From an uncultured Verrucomicrobiota bacterium (GTDB lineage Bacteria > Verrucomicrobiota > Verrucomicrobiia > Limisphaerales > AAA164-E04), in NCBI GenBank assembly GCA_964415055.1, contig CAYPZD010000008.1:12838-76837 (forward strand): DNA of 64,000 nucleotides, read 5' to 3'. Below, one piece after another: positions 48,711 to 56,574 of the stretch. Under the pieces are notes generated by a model. It was given only the letters and a program-made list of their open reading frames with translations. It was not told the origin of the DNA and searched no databases. Position 1 is the first letter of the stretch. Every line of letters begins with the position of its first letter. A program made the translations under genes and the position numbers.

Positions 48711-49004
48711 TCAATGTTTTCCATGAGCGATCGCTCGCAGTTTCTTCTGAGATTTGGTCAATTTGGGGGCCTCATTCAAGGCATGCCAAAATTGCTCCTG
48801 CTCCTCGGGTGTCAACGCAATGATGTTTTTTCCGGATTCCTCTACCTCGCGTTTTGCTTGCAACACGGTCACTTGTCGCACGTAATCACTCACACTTATT
48901 TTTCGTATTTCCGCCGCCTTGCTTAAATAGTCTTTACTGGAAGCATCAAGCCTTATCAGCACTTGATCGGTTAGTCCCTTGGCTTTCTTAATCATAAGCC
49001 ACAT
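48711..49004 (-). CDS. DUF1778 (RHH) antitoxin (TacA-like)
   Basis: 97 aa. IRLDASSKDYLSKAAEIRKISVSDYVRQ is the RHH part, and LTPEEQEQFWHALNEAPKLT is the typical C-terminal toxin-binding region. Confidence 0.8.
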   Translation of the reverse strand: MWLMIKKAKGLTDQVLIRLDASSKDYLSKAAEIRKISVSDYVRQVTVLQAKREVEESGKNIIALTPEEQEQFWHALNEAPKLTKSQKKLRAIAHGKH

Positions 49005-49005
49005 G

Positions 49006-49027
49006 TATATCTATTTGATATACAAAT
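49006..49027. promoter_or_regulatory. overlapping inverted repeats immediately upstream of the antitoxin start (candidate TA operator)
   Basis: TATATC-TATTT-GATATA (49006-49022) and ATTTG-ATATA-CAAAT (49013-49027), both within 25 nt of ATG 49004. Confidence 0.3.
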
Positions 49028-49094
49028 CAAGCAAAACAAACGATCTTCCCAAAAACGGGTTTAAATTGTAATCGCAAAAGTGAGCGTTGGAGGT

Positions 49095-49850
49095 ATGCTG
49101 AATCCAAGGATATTTCAAATCACTATGTGCGCTGCTGAAAAAAAACGACGGGGCTGTTTCTTCTATGGCTGTATCACTTCCATCATTCTGGGGCTGATCC
49201 TTTTTGTTGGCATTCCTCTGACCCTCTTTTTTGGGTTTAATTACGCGGTCAAAACAGTGGTCAACAACTACGCCGACCAACAACCCATGGAACTGCCGGT
49301 GGTTGAAATGCCACAGGCAGAAGTCAATTCACTGCGGCAACGTGTCGACCAGTTCCAACAGGCAATCGCTGAAAACACACCGACTTCTCCCTTGGAACTC
49401 AGCTCCGACGAACTCAATGCACTGATCTTCCACGATCCTCAACTGGCCAAACTCAAGGGCAAAGCGTTTCTGGATTTCGTAGACAATAAGGTCAAAGGGC
49501 AGCTGAGCATTCCGCTCTCAGACCTGAACATCGGAACAGGCGAATCCCTTTACTTGAATGGAACAGGCATTTTTGAGGTATCCATCCAAAACGGCACCCT
49601 CTCAGCCAAACTGGATTCCCTGGAGATAAAGGGCAAGCCACTCCCCGCCAAGTTCAGCGGATGGTTCAAAGGGAAAAACCTCTTCGAAAATGCCCAGATG
49701 GATCCCGAAGCTCAAAAATTCATCAATCGAATCAGTCGTCTTGAAATCAAGGATGGCAAACTGATTCTGGAAAAGGATGCAACCCCGCCCCAAGCGGAAG
49801 TGGAGGACTCCGGTGCCTTTCAACAACTCGAAACCGGCACAACACCCTGA
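49095..49850 (+). CDS. hypothetical membrane-anchored protein
   Basis: About 250-aa ORF with one N-terminal TM (ITSIILGLILFVGIPLTLFFGF) and an extracytoplasmic domain of no recognised family. The start is uncertain (49080 GTG, 49095 or 49125 ATG). Confidence 0.5.
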   Translation: MLNPRIFQITMCAAEKKRRGCFFYGCITSIILGLILFVGIPLTLFFGFNYAVKTVVNNYADQQPMELPVVEMPQAEVNSLRQRVDQFQQAIAENTPTSPLELSSDELNALIFHDPQLAKLKGKAFLDFVDNKVKGQLSIPLSDLNIGTGESLYLNGTGIFEVSIQNGTLSAKLDSLEIKGKPLPAKFSGWFKGKNLFENAQMDPEAQKFINRISRLEIKDGKLILEKDATPPQAEVEDSGAFQQLETGTTP

Positions 49851-49960
49851 TAGATACACTACGCCAGCAGAAATCCATTAATAAACTCCGCGCCTCTGTC
49901 CCTCAATCACGCACCATGCGGAAGGGGGTGAAAAATTTACTTGGCCAGGCAACGGCATCC

Positions 49961-51676
49961 TCAGCGGACCAACCAGAGAAAACCTCCGATCATTGCAGCA
50001 ACCGCAACCCAGGAGAGCAGGAACCCAATCACAGAAATGCGCGAAGGAACGGGTAATTCAAAATCACTACCTGCAAACCAACACCGACGTGTCGCGGGCA
50101 GGGTCCCCTCCGGCAATTGACAACTCTCGGTGATCACTTCTCCGGAGCGAACCGGGGTTCGGATCAAGTCATGGAAACGATTCAGTAAATCACTGTCTCT
50201 GCGAGGTGTAATCAAACTCGCCAGGACACCCGCCACAATCGCTGCAGACAGGTAAAAAACAATCTGCCAGGGTTCGGAGATGCTGGATTTCGTCGCGCTA
50301 TGCACCACCAGGTTCCATGTTTTGGACACTGGAAGAGATTGAACCCATTCAACCATTCGCGGCTGCAGGGTCAACCACCACACAACAAATCCCGTCAGAG
50401 TGCTGGCCCAGGCTCCAAACCCATTGAATCGTTTCCAAATAAGCCCGATCCAAAATGCAATCCCTAGCATCGGGGCTATTTTCAACCAGGTCTTGAGTCC
50501 GGAAACCACATTAGGCATCCAGAACGCACAAGCCACTCCCCCCAAGACAATCAACAACGACACCACCCGTCCTACGGCAAGGTAATGTTGAGGCGTGCGT
50601 TCTCGAACAATCGGTTTATAGAGGTTTTCGGTGAACAGTCCGGACGCGGCAATCATCATGGAATCACACGAACTCATGACTCCTGCAAGCAACGAAGCCA
50701 GGAATAACCCCAACATTCCAGGCATCGCCTTGGGAAGAAATTCAGCCGCCATCTGCCCGTAGACCTGGTCCGGTTGCACCTCCGCCAAATCAGTGCCCTG
50801 TTGCATATACCACGCCAATGCCGCAATCCCGGTGACCGCCCAGGCAGCCGTGCAAATACGTTTAATCAGATTACCCACCACAAATCCAAAGCGACCATCC
50901 ATCTCGGTGCGACCTGCCGCACAAACACCCATGATGAAGGGTTGAGCCACAATCCCGACCAATGAAAGGATGGCAAAGGTTCCAATAAAAAAGGGAGTGA
51001 TACCCGCCGGAGCAACCATGGAAAGCATGCCGGGATCCTGAATCGTTTCACGCACGCCCTGCAATCCACCCACCGCGGACAGCACCCAGGGAAGGAGCAT
51101 CACCGAAAACAGGACCGTCAGAATGCCTTGGATATAATCCGTCACAATGGCGGCCCCCAAACCGCCGGCCATTCCGTAAACCACGAACAAGACGGCCACC
51201 ACGGGCATTGCAACGGAAGTGGAAATAGCGCCTTGCGTGCCCGATTCTATGAGAGCTCCCGCGCCTTTAAGCAACAGGCCAATTTTAACCGAAAGCCCGA
51301 TCATACCCACCAGAGCAAACAGCACCGCCACACTGGATCCAAAACGCAGTGCATACACATCAGCTGTGGTGGTGGCTCGAAATCGTCGAAAAATCGGTGC
51401 CAGCAGCCAGTAAAACGGAGTATTAAATAACCACAACCACTGATACCAGATGCCGGACAAACCCTGACGAAACGTCCCTGAGGCAACCACCACCGCCTGA
51501 TCCGATGCAGTCCCCGTGCCGAAGGCATGCATCATCATCATGCCCTTGCCAAACTTACGTGGCATGAAAAATTCCGACTGCTTTTGGATCCCCTTCCCAA
51601 GACGAATCCCAAGCCAGGTGATCCCAAGCAAATACCCCACGATGACCGCCCAATCCACCATTGGCATATTACCCAT
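49961..51676 (-). CDS. sodium:solute symporter (SSF) family transporter
   Basis: 571 aa with about 13 TM segments and SSF-like N-terminal blocks (VDWAVIVGYLLGITWLG, FFMPRKFG). Confidence 0.85.
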   Translation of the reverse strand: MGNMPMVDWAVIVGYLLGITWLGIRLGKGIQKQSEFFMPRKFGKGMMMMHAFGTGTASDQAVVVASGTFRQGLSGIWYQWLWLFNTPFYWLLAPIFRRFRATTTADVYALRFGSSVAVLFALVGMIGLSVKIGLLLKGAGALIESGTQGAISTSVAMPVVAVLFVVYGMAGGLGAAIVTDYIQGILTVLFSVMLLPWVLSAVGGLQGVRETIQDPGMLSMVAPAGITPFFIGTFAILSLVGIVAQPFIMGVCAAGRTEMDGRFGFVVGNLIKRICTAAWAVTGIAALAWYMQQGTDLAEVQPDQVYGQMAAEFLPKAMPGMLGLFLASLLAGVMSSCDSMMIAASGLFTENLYKPIVRERTPQHYLAVGRVVSLLIVLGGVACAFWMPNVVSGLKTWLKIAPMLGIAFWIGLIWKRFNGFGAWASTLTGFVVWWLTLQPRMVEWVQSLPVSKTWNLVVHSATKSSISEPWQIVFYLSAAIVAGVLASLITPRRDSDLLNRFHDLIRTPVRSGEVITESCQLPEGTLPATRRCWFAGSDFELPVPSRISVIGFLLSWVAVAAMIGGFLWLVR

Positions 51677-52607
51677 GATCCGTTCCTCCCTTTGATTGAT
51701 GACGATACAGGGCAGCCACCGAGCTGTTATCCATCTGCCCCAGTCCCATTTGCTGCGCCTGCTTCAACAACTCGGCGTGCAATGAGGTTAAAGGGACATT
51801 CAATCCCTTCGATGTCGCCTCTTCCAACATGATTCTCACATCTTTGAAATGCTGTGAAAGTCGTGCCTGAGGCGGTTCAAAATTCCCTCGAACCATGCGT
51901 TCCCCTTTGGATTCCATCACCCCGGAAACGGCAGGGGTTTGCTTGAGCACTTCCAAAGTTTTCATAGGATCGATCCCCAGAACATCAGCAAACGCCAGCC
52001 CCTCGGCCAACACCATTCTGTGAAGCCCCAGGATCATGTTGTGAACTAACTTGAATCGAGAGGCAGCCCCCACTCCACCCAAATAAAACGGCTTGCTGGT
52101 CAGATCATGTATGAGTGGCTTCAGTGATTCGAAAATCACGGATTCACCTCCAAAAAACATCGCCGCTTTTCCTTCCCGCATCAGTTCACTTGAACCGGCA
52201 ACATTGGCTTCCAGGTAATGAACACCGACATCAGAGAGATTTGCCGACAACTGTTCCATTTCCTCCGGCTTACCCGTCGTCGCATCCAGGACAATTTGAC
52301 CGGAACAAAATTTGTCAAGGTTTTCCCGAATCAACTGAAGCGCTACAGAGCTGTTCGGAAGACAGAGCATGATCACATCCGCATGACCCAACAAATCATT
52401 GAGGGAAGCCATCACTTCAACGGCTTCCACCTGGAACGGGTTAAGATCAAAACCAGACACCTTCCGCCCACTCCGAACAAGCTTTTGTGCAATCGCGCTC
52501 CCCAACAAACCAACACCCACAATCCCTATCGGTTTGGCAGGGGCTAAAACAAGATCAGAGATATGCGATAACTTGGAACATTCGGTCATAACTGGAACGC
52601 GCGACAT
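51669..52607 (-). CDS. NAD(P)-dependent beta-hydroxyacid dehydrogenase family oxidoreductase
   Basis: Rossmann motif IGIVGVGLLGSAIAQKL and a 6PGDH-like NAD-binding plus all-alpha C-terminal domain. Its stop overlaps the symporter start by 8 nt. Confidence 0.8.
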   Translation of the reverse strand: MSRVPVMTECSKLSHISDLVLAPAKPIGIVGVGLLGSAIAQKLVRSGRKVSGFDLNPFQVEAVEVMASLNDLLGHADVIMLCLPNSSVALQLIRENLDKFCSGQIVLDATTGKPEEMEQLSANLSDVGVHYLEANVAGSSELMREGKAAMFFGGESVIFESLKPLIHDLTSKPFYLGGVGAASRFKLVHNMILGLHRMVLAEGLAFADVLGIDPMKTLEVLKQTPAVSGVMESKGERMVRGNFEPPQARLSQHFKDVRIMLEEATSKGLNVPLTSLHAELLKQAQQMGLGQMDNSSVAALYRHQSKGGTDHG

Positions 52608-52755
52608 ATAACAAAGGAATCAACCTGCCTGCAATCATAGTATTCCCGGGAGGTGACATATCTACGTTCATCTTCGTCCTCTCCAAGATTCCACGAATAC
52701 GGTGATGCGGTTCAAGAACGCTCCCTAAATCAATAAAAGACTTTTTTCCGCTGAC

Positions 52756-52772
52756 ACTACTACCGTAGTAGT
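52756..52772. promoter_or_regulatory. perfect 8+1+8 palindrome, candidate BlaI-family operator
   Basis: ACTACTAC-C-GTAGTAGT, 19 nt upstream of the blaI-like ATG (52791). It contains a TAC...GTA core reminiscent of BlaI/MecI/CopY boxes. Confidence 0.45.
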
Positions 52773-52790
52773 ATTAATTCGGTCGTAGCA

Positions 52791-53195
52791 ATGAAAACAA
52801 AAGCCACCACTCCTCCTCCCCGTCGATTGGGCGACCTTCAGTTGCGCATCATGAAAATACTATGGGAACAAGGTTCAGCTAGCGCAGGCGATGTGCGTAA
52901 AGCCTTGATCCCGGTAAAAGATCTCGCCTACACCACCGTGGCCACGATGCTTCGCAAGATGGAGGACAAGGGCTTGGTGACCCACACCACTCAGGATCGG
53001 ACTTATATCTACACACCACTCGTGAAAGAAGATTCTGTCTCAAAAAGCCTGGCAGGTGAACTCCTCGACAAACTGTTCGAAGGAAATCTCGCCGGCATGG
53101 TGAGTCACTTGCTCACTGCCAAGGATGTCAGTCACGAGGAACTCGAAGAACTGGAAGCATTGATCCAATCCAAAAAGAAAGAGGCCAAATCATGA
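52791..53195 (+). CDS. BlaI/MecI/CopY family transcriptional repressor
   Basis: 134 aa with the winged-helix blocks LQLRIMKILWEQGSASAGDV and AYTTVATMLRKMEDKGLV. ATGA overlap with the downstream M56 gene. Confidence 0.85.
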   Translation: MKTKATTPPPRRLGDLQLRIMKILWEQGSASAGDVRKALIPVKDLAYTTVATMLRKMEDKGLVTHTTQDRTYIYTPLVKEDSVSKSLAGELLDKLFEGNLAGMVSHLLTAKDVSHEELEELEALIQSKKKEAKS

Positions 53196-56100
53196 ACACC
53201 GATTTCCTAAGCCTGGCCCAGGAATCGGCCACTTTACTCGGTATCCATATTACCTGGATACTTTTGTTGACTTTGGGAGCATCCCGCTGGATCCACCACA
53301 TCATCCTCCAACGCACCCTCTGGCGCAGTACGTTCCTTGCAATATTGCTACTTTTGGGAAGCACATTCTCGGGCCTCTACCAATGGAACTGGATGTCCGG
53401 GGCCTCATTACATACCGTAGACCAGGCTTCCCAGTGGAAACCGATGCAACTGGTCTCGGATTCTATCGCGACAACTTCCATTCAACCAGAAGCACCTGTC
53501 ATCCAAATCCGAGATGCCAAAGCTCCTTCCGCTACGGCAACTACGACAACGGTATTTTTGCTGCAGATTTGGTTCCTCGGGATGGCAATCACTTCCGGTT
53601 TAATGATATTCAATGCCATGATCTGGCGCATTCGAATATTCCGCAAGGCATCACCCGCATCCTCCAATCTCCGATATCTTTTCAAGCAAGCGGCCAAATC
53701 ACTGAACTACCGTCGCATTCCACAATTGATCGAATCGCCCAGTATCAGGAGTCCTTTGGTGATGGGATGTTTCAGACCGGTGATCGCATTTCCAGTTGAT
53801 CATGCAAACCTTTACAACGCGGACGAGCAACACCTGATCATGTCGCATGAAATCGCACACCTGCGTGAAAAGGATGGATGGTGGCAATGCCTGGCCAATT
53901 TGGCCTGCATGGCGGCCTGGTGGCATCCCTTGGTATGGATCGCACGTCAACGTCTGCGTCAATGCGCAGAAGAAACTGCCGACAACCTCAGCACACACAA
54001 CACAACACACCGCGAACAACTGGCCTCCTGTCTGGTGCGCATCGGTCGAGAACTCAACGCCACGCGCTGCCCCGGTGCCCCATCGATTTTTGGAGCAGGT
54101 TTCCGCTCTCAACTTGGTAAACGCGTTGAACGGCTGATCCAACACGATCCTTCTTGGAACGAAAGACCGAAAGGAGTCCTCTGGATATCCCTTCGTCTTG
54201 CAGCGCCCCTTCTTCTCATCGGAGCGATGTTTTCTACCGCATCCTGGTTTGGGACTTATTCCGGATCTAACGCATCTGATTCAATTCGACACTCCGTTGT
54301 TGGGCTGATGCTGATGGCAGAAGAGGAAGGACCTCCTTATGAGTTTCCTGGTAAAGTAGAGGAAAGCTTAGCATCCGAGATTGAAGCAAGATTGAAAAAA
54401 ACGGTCATCCCAACATTTAAATACGATGAAGAAAACACTTATGAGAATTTAAAAAAACTGCGCAAAGCCATTTTGAGTGTCGAACCAACTTGGGAAAACT
54501 TGACCATTAACCTCAGATCTCCTTCGTTGGTGGGTTCTGTTGACACAAGCAAATCAGAAGACAAATCAAGTGATCCTGAAGGGATTAAAGCTGAACTAAG
54601 CACTCATATCATAGGCTACATTCAATTTGGCCCGGCTAAGGAAATTCCAAATCATATCCCTCCATATCAGCGATTGATAAAAGAATCAGATTTTCTAGGA
54701 ACGTCAAAAAGTAAAAATATAGAAAAGCCCCATACCCCAAAGATTACGGAACTAGCAAACGAAACTGCCTATGATTTGCTATTCAAAATCATGCAGCCCT
54801 ATCAAATAACAAACCATCATTACTTTGCAAAGGACATGGTGATATTTGATGTAGGTAAAATGATAACAGCGGGATACTACTCCAGCCAGGAAAATGAATC
54901 CCAAACATCTCCAACAACCTCACCCCAGTTTGAGGGACCTCCCGCACCAATCACAGCATCACCGTTAAACGCTGCTAAAGCAGAGGTGCCAGAATTCTAC
55001 ACAAGGGTCTACAAAACGAATCCACCATCTTTTCTGCAACGCATCATGGCCTTGTCTGGTTCATTAAACACGTCACAAAGTCCTGGTGACTCTGATATTC
55101 AAAAAACAGTTCACAAATTCATCTCCAATCTCGGCATAAAGAACATATCAGAAACTGCAGTTTCAAGTTCCGTAGGACCGGCGCACAACGATGCGTCCGC
55201 TTTGAGAACAATACAGGACGCCAAAGCCATTTTTTATAACGATCGAAACGGTAAACTCTTTACGCGACTCACACTCGAAGACCATGACAAACTCGAAGCA
55301 GCACTCGCTCTTCTTCAGGACCCTGCCGAACGGAATACCAAGATCGCTATGAACATGCATGTGGTGCAACTGAATGAAGCCGGCATCAAGACTTTGAAAG
55401 AGTTTGGATTTGATACCACCACTCAGGATTCCGGTCAGTTTGAACACACCATCGATACCCCCACTTTGGAACGATTACTGTTGCGAATGAACCTTGCGCC
55501 AGGTGTCGACATTCTCCAGTCCCCTCGAATCACCGCATTAAACGGGCGACAGTCCGAACTGAAAGCCCAGGAACTGAGACGCATCGTCACAACCAACGAA
55601 ACCGGCAACATTCAGACGGAGGAAATCGCAACCGGTCCGTCATTGAGTGTGATTCCAAAAATCCAGGCGGATGGCAAATTGCAGATAACAGCACACTTTG
55701 AGTTGCTGGAATTTCTTGGCTACGACGATCCAGGTTCCTTTCGCATCGTTACACAAAACAGTCATCAACAAAACAATGCTGACCTACCCAACAAGAAACC
55801 GTCATTCACCGGCAACTACCAGGAAATGTTGAAAGAAATGGACTTGGCCCCCAAACGCGAAATTCCAAATGTCATTCTGAAGTATATGCCCAGTCAACTG
55901 AAACTAAAGCAACTCAGCAACGAACTGGAAACCGCTCAACAAACCAAGGCTCAACTTGAAGCAAAGGTATCAAAGAACGCCAAAGACACCATCAACACTC
56001 AAAGAAACCTTGCCGCAGTAAAAGCCTTGATCCCGGCATTTCAAAAACAACTTGATCAAGAAGTCGCCAGCATCAGGCGCCATATCCTTGCACAAATGGA

Positions 56101-56416
56101 CAGTCAAAATTTTAACGGGAAAAGTGTTAACCCAACCGAATCAGGCATCATCACTGCGTCAACAAACGAGTCAGCAGAAAACACTCCTGTTCCGTTACCT
56201 AGATTCAATCGACTCAAATTGAACACCAATACATCCCTCCAATCAGGTCAAACACTGATCATGGGCGGCCTCAAATCAACCGAAACCGTCCAATGGAAAG
56301 ACAATGTACTCGTCATGAGTAAAATCCCACTCCTCGGAGGCATGTTTCGACGAGAAGGCACCAGCACCACGGAACAATACATCTACATCCTGATCACGCC
56401 AACAATCCTGGAGTAG
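53192..56416 (+). CDS. M56 (BlaR1-like) zinc-metalloprotease sensor fused to secretin N-like domains and a secretin C-terminal domain
   Basis: aa 1-355 have four TMs and the cytoplasmic HEXXH (SHEIAHLREKDGW, 53846-53860). aa 600-720 have FYTRVYK...AIFYNDRNGKLFTRLT, which is secretin-N-like. aa 760-840 and 1000-1074 carry the secretin signature (DILQSPRITALNGRQSE..., LPRFNRLKLNTNTSLQSGQTLIMGGL, SKIPLLGGMFRR...YILITPTILE). Confidence 0.8.
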   Translation: MNTDFLSLAQESATLLGIHITWILLLTLGASRWIHHIILQRTLWRSTFLAILLLLGSTFSGLYQWNWMSGASLHTVDQASQWKPMQLVSDSIATTSIQPEAPVIQIRDAKAPSATATTTTVFLLQIWFLGMAITSGLMIFNAMIWRIRIFRKASPASSNLRYLFKQAAKSLNYRRIPQLIESPSIRSPLVMGCFRPVIAFPVDHANLYNADEQHLIMSHEIAHLREKDGWWQCLANLACMAAWWHPLVWIARQRLRQCAEETADNLSTHNTTHREQLASCLVRIGRELNATRCPGAPSIFGAGFRSQLGKRVERLIQHDPSWNERPKGVLWISLRLAAPLLLIGAMFSTASWFGTYSGSNASDSIRHSVVGLMLMAEEEGPPYEFPGKVEESLASEIEARLKKTVIPTFKYDEENTYENLKKLRKAILSVEPTWENLTINLRSPSLVGSVDTSKSEDKSSDPEGIKAELSTHIIGYIQFGPAKEIPNHIPPYQRLIKESDFLGTSKSKNIEKPHTPKITELANETAYDLLFKIMQPYQITNHHYFAKDMVIFDVGKMITAGYYSSQENESQTSPTTSPQFEGPPAPITASPLNAAKAEVPEFYTRVYKTNPPSFLQRIMALSGSLNTSQSPGDSDIQKTVHKFISNLGIKNISETAVSSSVGPAHNDASALRTIQDAKAIFYNDRNGKLFTRLTLEDHDKLEAALALLQDPAERNTKIAMNMHVVQLNEAGIKTLKEFGFDTTTQDSGQFEHTIDTPTLERLLLRMNLAPGVDILQSPRITALNGRQSELKAQELRRIVTTNETGNIQTEEIATGPSLSVIPKIQADGKLQITAHFELLEFLGYDDPGSFRIVTQNSHQQNNADLPNKKPSFTGNYQEMLKEMDLAPKREIPNVILKYMPSQLKLKQLSNELETAQQTKAQLEAKVSKNAKDTINTQRNLAAVKALIPAFQKQLDQEVASIRRHILAQMDSQNFNGKSVNPTESGIITASTNESAENTPVPLPRFNRLKLNTNTSLQSGQTLIMGGLKSTETVQWKDNVLVMSKIPLLGGMFRREGTSTTEQYIYILITPTILE

Positions 56417-56449
56417 CCGCATTCGTCAGAATGTGCCCCCCCGAACAAA

Positions 56450-56473
56450 CCACGCGTAGGCAAGCGCAGCCAC
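56450..56473. repeat. 24-nt motif copy A (CCACGCGTAGGCAAGCGCAGCCAC)
   Basis: Identical at 20 of 24 positions to copy B, which lies 86 nt downstream in the same convergent spacer. Confidence 0.5.
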
Positions 56474-56535
56474 AACAGTAGCTGCCTTCGCCAAAAGGTG
56501 GCCCGCACACCCCAAGGCATCCCTTCCCCACAACT

Positions 56536-56559
56536 CCACGCTTTGGCAAGCGCCGCTAC
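56536..56559. repeat. 24-nt motif copy B (CCACGCTTTGGCAAGCGCCGCTAC)
   Basis: Direct repeat of copy A. A related TTTGGCAA-R-CGC core also occurs at 43935-43956 in another convergent spacer. Confidence 0.5.
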
Positions 56560-56574
56560 GGTGTTCTCCCGCTA

